From NCBI RefSeq assembly GCF_050920415.1, contig NZ_CP169309.1: DNA of 64,000 nucleotides, one strand, 5' to 3'. Within the stretch, counting starts at the first letter, position 1. Every line of letters begins with the position of its first letter. The stretch comes from Escherichia coli (lineage in GTDB: Bacteria; Pseudomonadota; Gammaproteobacteria; Enterobacterales; Enterobacteriaceae). The notes under the pieces are model-generated. The model worked only from the letters and a program-made list of their open reading frames with translations, was not told the DNA's origin and ran no database searches. Below, one piece after another: positions 33,216 through 50,134 of the stretch. Made by a program: the position numbers and the translations under genes.

Positions 33216-34622
33216 ATGTCAAAGCAACAGATTGGCGTAGTCGGTATGGCAGTGATGGGGCGCAACCTTGCGCTCAACATCGAAAGCCGTGGTTATACCG
33301 TCTCTATTTTCAACCGTTCCCGTGAGAAGACGGAAGAAGTGATTGCCGAAAATCCAGGCAAAAAACTGGTTCCTTACTATACGGTGAAAGAGTTTGTTGA
33401 ATCTCTGGAAACGCCTCGTCGCATCCTGTTAATGGTGAAAGCAGGTGCAGGCACGGATGCTGCTATTGATTCCCTCAAGCCATACCTCGATAAAGGTGAC
33501 ATCATCATTGATGGTGGTAATACCTTCTTCCAGGACACCATTCGTCGTAACCGTGAGCTTTCTGCCGAAGGCTTTAACTTTATCGGTACCGGTGTCTCCG
33601 GTGGTGAAGAAGGTGCGCTGAAAGGTCCTTCCATTATGCCTGGTGGCCAGAAAGAAGCCTATGAACTGGTTGCACCGATCCTGACCAAAATCGCCGCCGT
33701 TGCTGAAGACGGCGAGCCATGCGTTACCTATATTGGTGCCGATGGTGCTGGCCACTATGTGAAGATGGTTCATAACGGTATTGAATACGGCGATATGCAG
33801 CTGATTGCTGAAGCCTATTCACTGCTTAAAGGTGGCCTGAGCCTCACCAACGAAGAACTGGCTCAGACCTTTACCGAGTGGAATAACGGTGAACTAAGCA
33901 GCTACCTGATCGACATCACCAAAGATATCTTCACCAAAAAAGATGAAGACGGTAACTACCTGGTTGATGTGATTTTGGATGAAGCAGCAAACAAAGGTAC
34001 AGGCAAATGGACCAGCCAGAGTGCGCTAGATCTCGGCGAACCGCTGTCGCTGATTACCGAGTCTGTGTTTGCACGTTATATCTCTTCTCTGAAAGATCAG
34101 CGTGTTGCCGCATCTAAAGTTCTCTCTGGCCCGCAAGGACAGCCAGCAGGCGACAAGGCTGAGTTCATCGAAAAAGTTCGCCGTGCGCTGTATCTTGGCA
34201 AAATCGTTTCTTACGCTCAGGGCTTCTCTCAGCTGCGTGCTGCGTCTGAAGAGTACAACTGGGATCTGAACTACGGCGAAATCGCGAAGATTTTCCGTGC
34301 TGGCTGCATCATTCGTGCGCAGTTCCTGCAGAAAATCACCGATGCTTATGCCGAAAATCCGCAGATCGCTAACCTGTTGCTGGCTCCTTACTTCAAGCAA
34401 ATTGCCGATGACTACCAGCAGGCGCTGCGTGATGTCGTTGCTTATGCAGTACAAAATGGTATCCCGGTTCCGACCTTCGCTGCTGCGGTTGCCTATTATG
34501 ATAGCTACCGTGCCGCTGTTTTGCCTGCGAACCTGATCCAGGCACAGCGTGACTATTTCGGTGCGCATACTTATAAGCGCATTGATAAAGAAGGTGTGTT
34601 CCATACCGAATGGCTGGATTAA
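33216..34622 (+). CDS. gnd: 6-phosphogluconate dehydrogenase, decarboxylating
   Basis: 468-aa [33 protein letters not shown]...; canonical Gnd; 3' flank of the O-antigen locus. Confidence 0.97.
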   Translation: MSKQQIGVVGMAVMGRNLALNIESRGYTVSIFNRSREKTEEVIAENPGKKLVPYYTVKEFVESLETPRRILLMVKAGAGTDAAIDSLKPYLDKGDIIIDGGNTFFQDTIRRNRELSAEGFNFIGTGVSGGEEGALKGPSIMPGGQKEAYELVAPILTKIAAVAEDGEPCVTYIGADGAGHYVKMVHNGIEYGDMQLIAEAYSLLKGGLSLTNEELAQTFTEWNNGELSSYLIDITKDIFTKKDEDGNYLVDVILDEAANKGTGKWTSQSALDLGEPLSLITESVFARYISSLKDQRVAASKVLSGPQGQPAGDKAEFIEKVRRALYLGKIVSYAQGFSQLRAASEEYNWDLNYGEIAKIFRAGCIIRAQFLQKITDAYAENPQIANLLLAPYFKQIADDYQQALRDVVAYAVQNGIPVPTFAAAVAYYDSYRAAVLPANLIQAQRDYFGAHTYKRIDKEGVFHTEWLD

Positions 34623-34647
34623 TCTGATTTAACCAACAATAAATTGA

Positions 34648-34679
34648 AGCCCGGCGTGTATTGCGCCGGTTTTTTTTTG
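34648..34679 (+). terminator. Rho-independent terminator downstream of gnd
   Basis: GC-rich hairpin gaagcccggcgtgtattgcgccgg followed by a T9 run. Confidence 0.7.
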
Positions 34680-34859
34680 CCGATTATCTTATAGACTAAA
34701 TTTCACTGCTTAATATTAACTTAATAAATATCAGCTATTCTTATAAAGAAAATCTGAATTGTTTTTTGTTGCGTTGACCATCTGACAACGTAGCGTTAAA
34801 ACTTTTAGCTCTTATCAGGATGCTAAAAACATCATGATTCACAGTTAAGTTAATTCTGA

Positions 34860-36035
<1,176 letters not shown>

Positions 36036-36181
36036 CATCCTGTTATCAGGGCGATTTTCGCCCTGATTCTCTCATGTTCCCTTTGTAATAATTCATTATT
36101 TTTATCATTTATCCTATAGCATTCATGGCGATTATCGCTAAACTATGGCGACTTAAAATTATTTCGTCCGTTAGGGTAATG

Positions 36182-37159
36182 ATGAGAGTAGAAAATAATA
36201 ATGTTTCTGGGCAAAACCATGACCCGGAACAGATTGATTTGATTGATTTACTGGTCCAACTATGGCGTGGCAAGATGACAATCATCATTTCTGTCATTGT
36301 GGCTATAGCTCTGGCTATTGGATATTTGGCAGTAGCGAAGGAGAAATGGACGTCAACAGCAATTATCACTCAGCCCGATGTGGGGCAAATTGCTGGCTAT
36401 AACAATGCCATGAATGTTATCTATGGTCAGGCTGCACCGAAAGTATCGGATTTGCAGGAGACGTTAATTGGTCGCTTCAGTTCTGCCTTCTCTGCATTAG
36501 CAGAAACGCTGGATAATCAGGAAGAACCAGAAAAACTTACCATCGAACCTTCTGTTAAGAACCAGCAATTACCATTGACTGTTTCTTATGTTGGGCAAAC
36601 TGCAGAGGGCGCACAAATGAAGTTGGCCCAATACATTCAGCAAGTTGACGATAAAGTGAATCAAGAGCTAGAAAAGGATCTCAAGGACAACATTGCTCTG
36701 GGACGGAAAAACTTGCAGGACTCTTTAAGAACACAGGAAGTGGTTGCGCAGGAACAGAAAGATCTGCGTATCCGTCAGATTCAGGAAGCGTTGCAGTATG
36801 CGAATCAGGCGCAGGTGACAAAGCCACAAGTTCAGCAGACTGAAGATGTGACACAAGATACGTTGTTCCTTTTGGGGAGCGAAGCGCTGGAGTCGATGAT
36901 TAAGCACGAGGCGACCCGTCCGTTGGTGTTCTCGCCAAACTACTATCAGACTCGTCAAAACCTGCTGGATATCGAAAACTTAAAGGTTGATGATCTTGAT
37001 ATTCATGCTTACCGTTATGTGATGAAACCGACGTTACCTATTCGTCGCGATAGCCCGAAAAAGGCAATTACCTTGATTCTGGCGGTGCTGCTGGGCGGCA
37101 TGGTTGGCGCGGGGATTGTGCTGGGGCGTAACGCGCTGCGTAATTACAACGCGAAATAA
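36182..37159 (+). CDS. wzzB: O-antigen chain-length determinant Wzz (polysaccharide co-polymerase)
   Basis: Listed ORF starts at 36125; ATG at 36182 (MRVENNNVSGQNHDPEQIDLIDLL...) gives 325 aa (36179 alternative); TM-periplasmic coiled coil-TM architecture. Confidence 0.9.
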   Translation: MRVENNNVSGQNHDPEQIDLIDLLVQLWRGKMTIIISVIVAIALAIGYLAVAKEKWTSTAIITQPDVGQIAGYNNAMNVIYGQAAPKVSDLQETLIGRFSSAFSALAETLDNQEEPEKLTIEPSVKNQQLPLTVSYVGQTAEGAQMKLAQYIQQVDDKVNQELEKDLKDNIALGRKNLQDSLRTQEVVAQEQKDLRIRQIQEALQYANQAQVTKPQVQQTEDVTQDTLFLLGSEALESMIKHEATRPLVFSPNYYQTRQNLLDIENLKVDDLDIHAYRYVMKPTLPIRRDSPKKAITLILAVLLGGMVGAGIVLGRNALRNYNAK

Positions 37160-37180
37160 TATTATTGTGCATTTAAGAGA

Positions 37181-37217
37181 AACGGGCAGGGTGGTGACAC
37201 CATGCCCGTTTTTTTTG
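37181..37217 (+). terminator. Rho-independent terminator downstream of wzzB
   Basis: Hairpin aaacgggcagggtggtgacaccatgcccgtttttttt. Confidence 0.7.
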
Positions 37218-37300
37218 CCGGATGCGATGCTGGCGCATCTTATCCGGCCTACGTGTGTTGAGATAATGTGTAGGCACGATAAGCTTGCGCATCGGGCAAT
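37218..37300. repeat. REP (repetitive extragenic palindromic) elements between wzzB and hisI
   Basis: gccggatgcgatgctggcgcatcttatccggcctac and tgtaggcacgataagcttgcgcatcgggca match the E. coli REP consensus family. Confidence 0.65.
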
Positions 37301-37344
37301 GGCTCCGGGTGTGACAACAACATCACACCTGCTCAGCCCGCAAC

Positions 37345-37949
37345 TCACTGATGCCGTTTACGCAGGTTCTCAATTACCGTCGTTAAATCCAGATCCTGAT
37401 CCTGCAACAGCACCAGCAGGTGATACATCAAATCAGACGCCTCGTTGGTCAGCTCAAAGCGGTCATGTACCGTTGCTGCCAGTGCGGTTTCCACGCCTTC
37501 TTCGCCCACTTTCTGCGCAATGCGTTTAGTGCCGCTGGCATACAGTTTGGCGGTGTAAGAGGTTTCCGGGTCGGCAGATTTCCGTTCGGCGAGCAGTTGT
37601 TCCAGTTGATACAGGAACAGCCACTGGTGAGCGGTGTTGCCGAAGCAGCTGTTGGTGCCTTTGTGGCAGGTCGGGCCGATGGGATTCGCCAGCACCAGCA
37701 ATGTGTCGTTGTCGCAGTCCGGCGCAATGCTCACTACGTCGAGGAAATTGCCGGACGTTTCACCTTTGGTCCACAGTCGCTGTTTAGTGCGCGAGAAGAA
37801 GGTGACTTTGCCGCTTTCGATGGTTTTGTCCAGAGCTTCCGGATTCATATAGCCCAGCATTAGCACTTCGCCGGATACCGCGTGTTGAACAATTACCGGC
37901 ATCAATCCGTCGGTTTTTTCCCAGTCCAGTTCGCGACGTTGTTGTTCTG

Positions 37950-37956
<7 letters not shown>
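37345..37956 (-). CDS. hisI: Bifunctional phosphoribosyl-AMP cyclohydrolase / phosphoribosyl-ATP pyrophosphatase
   Basis: 203-aa [28 protein letters not shown]...; last gene of the his operon. Confidence 0.95.
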
Positions 37957-40034
<2,078 letters not shown>

Positions 40035-40035
<1 letters not shown>

Positions 40036-41101
40036 TACAGCACTCCTTTAGACGAGGGCAGGGTATCGCCTTCCACGCGGATGGCCTGGCGCAGGGTGCG
40101 ACCAAAAGCTTTGAACAGGCTCTCTACACGGTGGTGATCATTTTTACCTTTGGTTTTCAGGTGCAGGGTCACGCCCATGGTGTATGAGAGCGAACGGAAG
40201 AAGTGCTCGATCATTTCGGTGCTGAGATCGCCTACACGCTGGTAGGTAAACTCGGCTTTATATTCCAGGTGCGGGCGACCAGAGATATCCAGCGCGCAGC
40301 GGGCAAGACATTCGTCCATCGGCAGCACAAAACCGAAGCGGCAAATACCGCGTTTGTCGCCAAGAGCTATTTTTAACGCTTCGCCCAGCGCCAGACCGGT
40401 ATCTTCGACAGTGTGGTGATCGTCGATATAGAGGTCGCCTTTAACGTTGATTTCCATCCGGAAGCCGCCGTGGGTAGCAATCTGATCCAGCATGTGATCA
40501 AAGAAGCCAACGCCGGTGTTAATCTTGCTGCCGCCTTCGCGATCCAGCCACACCTGAACGTCAATCTGCGTCTCTTTGGTATTACGCACTACGTGAGCGT
40601 AACGATCGCGTTTAGTGAGCTGTTCGCCAATCATTGGCCAGTTCAGGGTTTCGCGGTCGTAGCGTAAACCATTAATGCCCATGTTTTCCGCCAGTTGAAT
40701 ATCGGTCGCGCGATCGCCAATTACATAACTGTTAGCGCGATCCATCGCTTGCTCAGCCAGGTAACGTTCCACCAGTTTTACTTTCGGCTTACGGCAGTCG
40801 CACTCATCGGCGGGCAAGTGCGGGCAAATCAGCACTTCATCAAACTGCACGCCTTGCGAGGTGAAGATCTGCATCATCAGATTGTGCGGGCCATCGAAAT
40901 CCGCCTGCGGGAAACTTTGTGTTCCCAGACCATCCTGATTAGTGATCATCACCAGCTTGTAGCCCGCTTTTTGCAGCCTCAGCAGTTCCGGGATCACGCC
41001 CGGTTCAAAGGCGAGTTTGTCAAAACGGTCCACCTGAAAATCACTCGGCGGTTCGCTAATCAGGGTTCCATCGCGATCAATAAAAAGATACTTCTGACTC
41101 A

Positions 41102-41102
<1 letters not shown>
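40035..41102 (-). CDS. hisB: Bifunctional histidinol-phosphatase / imidazoleglycerol-phosphate dehydratase
   Basis: [19 protein letters not shown]...; 355 aa from the second Met. Confidence 0.95.
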
Positions 41103-43473
<2,371 letters not shown>

Positions 43474-43478
43474 GGCGA

Positions 43479-44378
43479 TCACTCCATCATCTTCTCAATC
43501 GGCAGGACCAGGATTGAACTGGCACCCAGCGCTTTCAGTTTTTCCATCGTTTCCCAGAACAGGGTTTCGCTGCTGACCATGTGCATCGCTACGCGCTGTT
43601 GATCACCCGCCAGCGGTAGAATGGTTGGGCGTTCGGCACCTGGCAGCAGGGCGATGACTTCATCCAGTCGGTCGGTTGGTGCGTGCATCATGATGTATTT
43701 TGATTCGCGCGCCTGGATCACGCCCTGAATACGCGTCAGCAGTTTGTCGATCAGTTGCTGTTTGGATTCTTCCATTTCGCCATCGCGTTGGATCAGGCAG
43801 GCTTTCGAGCGGTAGATAACTTCGACTTCGCGCAGGCCGTTAGCTTCCAGCGTGGCACCGGTGGAAACCAGATCGCAAATCGCATCCGCCAGTCCGGCGC
43901 GCGGCGCAACTTCGACAGAACCGTTCAGTAAGCAGGATTTAAAAGAGATGCCTTTCTGATCGAGATAACGCTTGAGCAGGTGAGGATAAGAGGTGGCGAT
44001 ACGTTTACCGTTTAAGGAGAGCGGGCCGTCCCAGGCTTCATCAACCGGCGTTGCCAGCGAAAGGCGGCAGCCGCCGAAATCCAGACGACGCAGGGTAAAG
44101 TAGCGAGGATCTTCACCCTGGGCGCGGCGGTTAAGCAGCTCTTCTTCCAGCACGTTTTCGCCGATAATCCCAAGGTCAACCACGCCGTCCATTACCAGAC
44201 CGGGAATGTCGTCGTCACGCACGCGCAGAATATCAATCGGCATGTTTTCTGCCATCGCGATCAGGCGCTGGGTGTGAAGATTAATTTTAATGCCGCAGCG
44301 CGCCAGTAATTCGCGTGAGTCATCACTTAAACGGCCGGATTTCTGCATAGCTATGCGTAAACGAGTGTTGTCTGTCAT
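43479..44378 (-). CDS. hisG: ATP phosphoribosyltransferase
   Basis: [29 protein letters not shown]...; 299 aa from the ATG at 44378. Confidence 0.95.
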   Translation of the reverse strand: MTDNTRLRIAMQKSGRLSDDSRELLARCGIKINLHTQRLIAMAENMPIDILRVRDDDIPGLVMDGVVDLGIIGENVLEEELLNRRAQGEDPRYFTLRRLDFGGCRLSLATPVDEAWDGPLSLNGKRIATSYPHLLKRYLDQKGISFKSCLLNGSVEVAPRAGLADAICDLVSTGATLEANGLREVEVIYRSKACLIQRDGEMEESKQQLIDKLLTRIQGVIQARESKYIMMHAPTDRLDEVIALLPGAERPTILPLAGDQQRVAMHMVSSETLFWETMEKLKALGASSILVLPIEKMME

Positions 44379-44424
44379 TTTCTTATTCCTCTTTAAACCT
44401 GTCTGAACCGTTATCAACCGCGCA

Positions 44425-44461
44425 ATAAAAAAGCCCCCGGAAGGTGATCTTCCGGGGGCTT
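44425..44461 (-). terminator. his operon attenuator (leader terminator hairpin)
   Basis: On the minus strand agcccccggaagatcaccttccgggggct followed by a U-run, between hisL and hisG. Confidence 0.85.
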
Positions 44462-44523
44462 TCTCATACGTTCATGCACCACTGGAAGATCTGAATGTCT
44501 TCCAGCACACATCGCCTGAAAGA

Positions 44524-44574
44524 CTAGTCAGGATGATGGTGATGATGGTGGTGTTTAAATTGAACGCGTGTCAT
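44524..44574 (-). CDS. hisL: his operon leader peptide (7 consecutive His codons)
   Basis: Reverse complement reads ATG ACA CGC GTT CAA TTT AAA CAC CAC CAT CAT CAC CAT CAT CCT GAC TAG = MTRVQFKHHHHHHHPD*. Confidence 0.92.
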   Translation of the reverse strand: MTRVQFKHHHHHHHPD

Positions 44575-44797
44575 AAAAGTCTCTGTGAATGTTTATTCAA
44601 CTGATGTCTTTTAACCTAAACCACTTTCACGTTAGAAAGCAAGGGCTTTTTTATATATTTTATGGCGATGGATTTGTTTAATGAATGAGCGGGGAAAGGA
44701 GAGGGCCAGGAGTGGCTACGTTAAAAAAGTAATCGTGAAAATATGTCTTTAAAACCCTCAAGAACATTGTGTTCTGTAACTAAAGTGGGCTTGGTTC

Positions 44798-44905
44798 CTG
44801 CCGGATGCGGCGTGAATGCCTTATCTGGTCTACAAATGTTGCCTAAATTCAATATATTGATGTTTTTGTAGGACTGATAAGCGGAGCGCATCAGGCAATT
44901 GTATA
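44798..44905. repeat. REP/BIME-type palindromic repeats between hisL and yeeZ
   Basis: gcctgccggatgcggcgtgaatgccttatctggtctaca and tgtaggactgataagcggagcgcatcaggca resemble the REP consensus. Confidence 0.6.
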
Positions 44906-45000
44906 TTTGCTAACAGTTTCGATTTCATTCATAGAATGAATTGTCAGTTTTGATACGCTAGCGTAGCCTTATAGATCTAAGGTGTATCAGGAGATAACGG

Positions 45001-45825
45001 ATGAAAAAGGTCGCAATTGTCGGGTTAGGGTGGTTAGGTATGCCGCTAGCGATGTCACTTTCAGCGCGAGGCTGGCAAGTCACCGGGAGTAAAACCACAC
45101 AAGATGGCGTCGAAGCGGCCCGAATGAGTGGCATTGATAGTTATCTGCTTCGCATGGAACCTGAGTTAGTTTGCGATTCTGACGATCTGGATGCCCTGAT
45201 GGATGCTGATGCGCTGGTCATCACGCTTCCGGCACGTCGTAGCGGCCCCGGCGATGAGTTCTATTTACAAGCGGTACAAGAGTTAGTGGATAGTGCGCTG
45301 GCTCATCATATTCCCCGCATTATTTTTACCAGCTCAACGTCTGTCTATGGCGACGCACAAGGCACCGTTAAAGAAACGACCCCGCGTAATCCGGTGACCA
45401 ACAGTGGACGAGTATTAAAAGAACTTGAAGACTGGCTGCACAATTTACCCGGTACTTCAGTCGATATTCTGCGTCTTGCGGGCCTGGTCGGGCCGGAACG
45501 TCATCCTGGTCGCTTTTTTGCCGGAAAAACCGCGCCTGATGGTGAACATGGTGTCAATTTAGTCCATTTAGAAGATGTTATTGGCGCTATCACCCTGTTG
45601 TTACAGGCACCTAAAGGCGGACACATCTATAATATATGTGCGCCAGCTCACCCTGCGCGTAATGTTTTCTATCCGCAGATGGCCCGTTTACTGGGACTGG
45701 AACCTCCGCAGTTCAGAAATAGTCTGGACAGCGGCAAAGGTAAGATTATTGATGGCAGTCGGATTTGTAATGAACTGGGATTTGAATACCAGTATCCCGA
45801 TCCGCTGGTAATGCCGCTGGAGTAA
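45001..45825 (+). CDS. yeeZ: NAD(P)-binding epimerase/dehydratase-family protein YeeZ
   Basis: 274-aa ORF MKKVAIVGLGWLGMPLAMSL... with Rossmann GxGxxG; position next to the his operon. Confidence 0.85.
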   Translation: MKKVAIVGLGWLGMPLAMSLSARGWQVTGSKTTQDGVEAARMSGIDSYLLRMEPELVCDSDDLDALMDADALVITLPARRSGPGDEFYLQAVQELVDSALAHHIPRIIFTSSTSVYGDAQGTVKETTPRNPVTNSGRVLKELEDWLHNLPGTSVDILRLAGLVGPERHPGRFFAGKTAPDGEHGVNLVHLEDVIGAITLLLQAPKGGHIYNICAPAHPARNVFYPQMARLLGLEPPQFRNSLDSGKGKIIDGSRICNELGFEYQYPDPLVMPLE

Positions 45826-45870
45826 ACGATCACGCCAGCAGGACGCCGCATGCACTGCAAGGGGGCGTGT

Positions 45871-46800
45871 ATGAAACCACTGCTGGATGTGTTGATGATC
45901 CTCGATGCCTTAGAAAAAGAAGGCAGTTTTGCGGCGGCGTCGGCCAAACTCTATAAGACGCCGTCTGCTCTGAGTTACACCGTTCACAAGCTGGAAAGCG
46001 ACCTTAATATTCAATTGCTTGATCGTAGCGGTCACCGCGCAAAATTCACCCGCACCGGAAAAATGTTATTAGAGAAGGGGCGGGAAGTTCTGCATACCGT
46101 GCGAGAACTGGAAAAACAGGCGATAAAACTGCATGAAGGCTGGGAAAACGAGCTGGTGATTGGCGTGGACGACACGTTTCCTTTTTCTCTGCTTGCGCCA
46201 CTCATTGAAGCTTTTTATCAACATCATAGCGTGACGCGCCTGAAGTTTATCAATGGCGTACTCGGTGGTTCATGGGATGCCCTGACTCAGGGGCGAGCGG
46301 ATATTATTGTTGGCGCGATGCATGAGCCACCATCTTCCAGTGAGTTTGGTTTCTCACGGTTGGGCGATCTTGAACAAGTCTTTGCGGTCGCGCCCCATCA
46401 TCCGTTAGCCCAGGAAGAAGAACCGTTAAACCGTCGTATCATTAAGCGATATAGGGCGATTGTGGTAGGGGATACTGCGCAGGCAGGCGCTTCTACGGCC
46501 TCGCAACTTCTCGACGAACAAGAAGCCATTACCGTTTTCGATTTTAAAACCAAGCTGGAGCTGCAAATTAGCGGCCTCGGCTGCGGCTATTTACCCCGTT
46601 ATCTGGCACAACGTTTTCTCGATAGTGGCGCGTTAATCGAGAAGAAAGTGGTCGCCCAAACTCTCTTTGAACCTGTCTGGATTGGCTGGAACGAACAGAC
46701 CGCAGGACTTGCCAGCGCCTGGTGGCGAGACGAGATTTTAGCAAATAGTGCGATCGCCGGTGTTTATGCAAAATCTGATGACGGAAAATCAGCCATTTAA
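45871..46800 (+). CDS. yeeY: LysR-family transcriptional regulator YeeY
   Basis: ATG at 45871 (MKPLLDVLMILDALEKEGSFAAASAKLYKTPSALSYTVHKLE...) gives 309 aa; HTH LysR N-terminus. Confidence 0.85.
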   Translation: MKPLLDVLMILDALEKEGSFAAASAKLYKTPSALSYTVHKLESDLNIQLLDRSGHRAKFTRTGKMLLEKGREVLHTVRELEKQAIKLHEGWENELVIGVDDTFPFSLLAPLIEAFYQHHSVTRLKFINGVLGGSWDALTQGRADIIVGAMHEPPSSSEFGFSRLGDLEQVFAVAPHHPLAQEEEPLNRRIIKRYRAIVVGDTAQAGASTASQLLDEQEAITVFDFKTKLELQISGLGCGYLPRYLAQRFLDSGALIEKKVVAQTLFEPVWIGWNEQTAGLASAWWRDEILANSAIAGVYAKSDDGKSAI

Positions 46801-47066
46801 AGAAAAATTATTATGACAAGCCTCTCATTCTCTTGTCATTTCCCCCCCATTTAGGCACAATGCGCCGCTGTCAAAAAATGACTAAAAACCGACGTTTAAT
46901 TAGCGTCGGTTATTTTTTGCTTCAAACCAATCATTCATACCAAGAGGCCGGGCTTCGTACCGGATAGATATTTACTAAAAATCGACAGTTGTTGTCGCTG
47001 AGGAATCCAAAAAAATGGGGCAATTTTTTGCTTACGCGACGGTTATTACCGTAAAGGAGAATGACC

Positions 47067-48425
47067 ATGTCGCATAACGTTACTCCAAACACCTCTCGCG
47101 TGGAATTGCGTAAAACGCTTACGTTAGTTCCGGTTGTAATGATGGGTCTTGCCTATATGCAGCCGATGACGCTGTTTGATACATTTGGTATCGTTTCAGG
47201 CCTCACGGATGGTCATGTGCCGACAGCCTATGCGTTCGCATTGATTGCGATCCTGTTTACGGCTCTGAGCTACGGGAAGCTGGTTCGCCGCTATCCTTCT
47301 GCTGGCTCTGCATACACTTACGCCCAGAAATCCATTAGCCCGACCGTCGGCTTTATGGTGGGTTGGTCTTCTCTGCTCGACTATCTGTTCGCGCCGATGA
47401 TCAACATTCTGCTGGCGAAAATCTATTTTGAAGCTCTGGTGCCTTCCATCCCATCGTGGATGTTTGTGGTGGCGCTGGTGGCCTTTATGACCGCCTTTAA
47501 CCTGCGTAGTCTGAAATCCGTAGCGAACTTCAACACCGTCATCGTGGTGTTGCAGGTAGTGCTGATCGCGGTGATTCTGGGCATGGTTGTTTATGGCGTA
47601 TTTGAAGGTGAAGGCGCTGGTACGCTGGCGAGCACTCGTCCGTTCTGGTCTGGCGATGCGCATGTTATTCCGATGATTACCGGGGCGACAATCCTGTGCT
47701 TCTCCTTTACCGGCTTTGACGGCATCAGCAACCTGTCGGAAGAAACCAAAGATGCAGAGCGCGTGATCCCGCGTGCGATTTTCCTGACCGCGCTGATCGG
47801 CGGCATGATCTTCATCTTTGCAACTTACTTCCTGCAACTGTATTTCCCGGATATCTCTCGCTTTAAAGATCCGGATGCGTCACAGCCTGAAATCATGCTG
47901 TACGTTGCGGGTAAAGCGTTCCAGGTTGGCGCGCTGATCTTCTCCACCATTACCGTACTGGCGTCCGGTATGGCGGCGCACGCAGGCGTGGCGCGTCTGA
48001 TGTACGTAATGGGTCGTGACGGCGTATTCCCGAAAAGCTTCTTCGGTTATGTGCACCCGAAATGGCGTACTCCGGCAATGAACATCATCCTGGTTGGCGC
48101 GATTGCTCTGCTGGCAATCAACTTCGACCTGGTAATGGCTACGGCGCTGATTAACTTTGGTGCGCTGGTGGCGTTCACCTTCGTTAACCTGTCGGTTATC
48201 TCGCAGTTCTGGATCCGTGAGAAGCGTAACAAGACGCTGAAAGATCACTTCCAGTATCTGTTCCTGCCGATGTGTGGTGCGCTGACTGTAGGTGCGCTGT
48301 GGGTTAACCTGGAAGAAAGCTCAATGGTTCTGGGGCTGATCTGGGCGGCAATCGGTCTGATTTACCTGGCTTGCGTCACCAAGAGCTTCCGTAACCCGGT
48401 TCCGCAGTACGAAGACGTTGCATAA
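47067..48425 (+). CDS. plaP: Putrescine importer PlaP (APC-family amino acid/polyamine permease)
   Basis: [32 protein letters not shown]...; 452 aa, polytopic. Confidence 0.88.
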   Translation: MSHNVTPNTSRVELRKTLTLVPVVMMGLAYMQPMTLFDTFGIVSGLTDGHVPTAYAFALIAILFTALSYGKLVRRYPSAGSAYTYAQKSISPTVGFMVGWSSLLDYLFAPMINILLAKIYFEALVPSIPSWMFVVALVAFMTAFNLRSLKSVANFNTVIVVLQVVLIAVILGMVVYGVFEGEGAGTLASTRPFWSGDAHVIPMITGATILCFSFTGFDGISNLSEETKDAERVIPRAIFLTALIGGMIFIFATYFLQLYFPDISRFKDPDASQPEIMLYVAGKAFQVGALIFSTITVLASGMAAHAGVARLMYVMGRDGVFPKSFFGYVHPKWRTPAMNIILVGAIALLAINFDLVMATALINFGALVAFTFVNLSVISQFWIREKRNKTLKDHFQYLFLPMCGALTVGALWVNLEESSMVLGLIWAAIGLIYLACVTKSFRNPVPQYEDVA

Positions 48426-48464
48426 TCTTACAAGCCGGATGACATAATCATCCGGTAAATCTCA

Positions 48465-48497
48465 AAAAGCCGGAGTTTGTCGCTCCGGCTTTTTTGT
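48465..48497. terminator. Bidirectional rho-independent terminator between convergent plaP and sbcB
   Basis: aaaaagccggagtttgtcgctccggcttttttg: perfect hairpin flanked by A-run and T-run. Confidence 0.75.
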
Positions 48498-48498
48498 T

Positions 48499-49926
48499 TC
48501 AGACGATCTCTTCCGCGTACTGCCAAAGCGCTTTTAACAGCGCCACTTTCTCTTTGTCATCGGCATATTGTTGTGCCAGCATCTGCAATTCATCTGCATA
48601 GCCCTGCAAAAACTCTGGCGTGAAGACCTGGCGGCGGTGCTCCAGCCAGCGTTGCTGCTCGGCATAATCCAGCGTCCCCGGGAAGTTGCGTGCTCGATAA
48701 TTGAACAACAGCTTTTCAATCCGTTTATCAACAAAAGTGATATCCAGTGCCGGTAAATTACGCGGCTCGGTTTCAAGCACAATTTTCATTGCTGCACGAT
48801 CGGCGTCACTGAAAAAGCCATTATAAAGCTGTGCATCCACGTTATCTGAAGGCGTAAACGGTTCGGCTTCGGCGAATATCGCCACCACTTTTTCACGCAC
48901 TTGCGGATTTTCACGCAGAATTTTCAGGTTATCGAGGCAATGCTGACGATTAATTCCCAGTCGGTCGGCATCTTCCGGGCGTAGCGTATTCGCCTGGGCC
49001 AGCACCGGACATTTATTGATATGCACCAGTTTAACCGGAACGGCGGCGTTATCGCCAAGATCGGCTTTTGCGGTATATAAACGCTCGCGCAATGTGTCGC
49101 TATCCAGCTCCAGTAATGGCGAAATGTCTCCTGCCAAATCCACCATAATTACGGCATTGCGATTTTCAGGATGCCACGCCAGCGGTGCTACCCAGCTGGT
49201 ATTGCCGCGCCATGCCCCAAACATTCCGGAAACGTGAACCAGGGGTTTCATCTGCGGAACATCAATCAACGCCATCAGTTTGTGTTTATTGCGATGGGTA
49301 AAGAGATAATCAAATAGGCGTGGCTGACGCATTTTTACCAGCTTTGCCATCGCAATAGTGGCGTACACATCAGCCATCGCATCGTGGGCGTTGCTATGTT
49401 CAATACCATTCGCTTTGGTTAAATGCTCAAGGCGAAAGCTCGGTAGACCGTCATCATTTTCAGGCCAGTTTATTCCTTCCGGGCGCAGGGCATAACAGGC
49501 ACGCATAACATCCAGTAAATCCCAGCGCGAGTTATCATGCTGCCAGCTCCAGGCGTAAGGATCGTAGAAATTACGATAAAAAACGTTGCGTGTGACTTCG
49601 TCGTCGAAACGCACATTGTTGTAGCCCAGAATACAGGTCTTCGGTACGGTAAAAAGCGAGTGAATACGGGCGGCAAACGCGGCTTCGTTTTCTCCTTTCG
49701 CCCGTGCTTCCTGCGGGGTAATACCGGTAATTAATACTGCTCCAGGCTGCGGTAAATAGTCATCCGCGGGCTTGCAGTAAAAAACTTCGGGTTCGCCGAT
49801 GACGTTGAATTCGTTATCAGTGCGAATGGCTGCGAACTGTGCAGGGCGATCTAACGCGGGGTGCGTTCCAAAGGTTTCGTAATCGTGAAACAAAAAGGTA
49901 GATTGTTGCTTACCGTCATTCATCAT
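48499..49926 (-). CDS. sbcB: Exodeoxyribonuclease I
   Basis: Listed ORF 48499-49974; Met at 49926 (MMNDGKQQSTFLFHDYETFGTHPALDRPAQFAAIRTD...) gives 475 aa. Confidence 0.93.
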   Translation of the reverse strand: MMNDGKQQSTFLFHDYETFGTHPALDRPAQFAAIRTDNEFNVIGEPEVFYCKPADDYLPQPGAVLITGITPQEARAKGENEAAFAARIHSLFTVPKTCILGYNNVRFDDEVTRNVFYRNFYDPYAWSWQHDNSRWDLLDVMRACYALRPEGINWPENDDGLPSFRLEHLTKANGIEHSNAHDAMADVYATIAMAKLVKMRQPRLFDYLFTHRNKHKLMALIDVPQMKPLVHVSGMFGAWRGNTSWVAPLAWHPENRNAVIMVDLAGDISPLLELDSDTLRERLYTAKADLGDNAAVPVKLVHINKCPVLAQANTLRPEDADRLGINRQHCLDNLKILRENPQVREKVVAIFAEAEPFTPSDNVDAQLYNGFFSDADRAAMKIVLETEPRNLPALDITFVDKRIEKLLFNYRARNFPGTLDYAEQQRWLEHRRQVFTPEFLQGYADELQMLAQQYADDKEKVALLKALWQYAEEIV

Positions 49927-50134
49927 TAGGTTAAATCCGTTATTTCTGCTGTCTGCCAGAGTATCAAATATCACCGTGCTAATCAGCTTTAGCGCGACAA
50001 TTTGGCAGCGAGTGGCAACAGATCATGTCAGATAAAAATGAGATAGTAGTCACATTTTCTTGCACTTTATTCCAGCCAGTTCATAAGTATTTCCGTAAAA
50101 AGAACAGCTATTTGAAACACCTGAGGGTTTGCTG

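Noticed and set aside
34026-34604. 192-aa minus-strand ORF inside gnd
   Set aside because: Antisense to gnd, one of the most conserved genes in the window; no recognisable domain.
47196-47837. 213-aa minus-strand ORF inside plaP
   Set aside because: Antisense shadow ORF with a highly basic, low-complexity translation.
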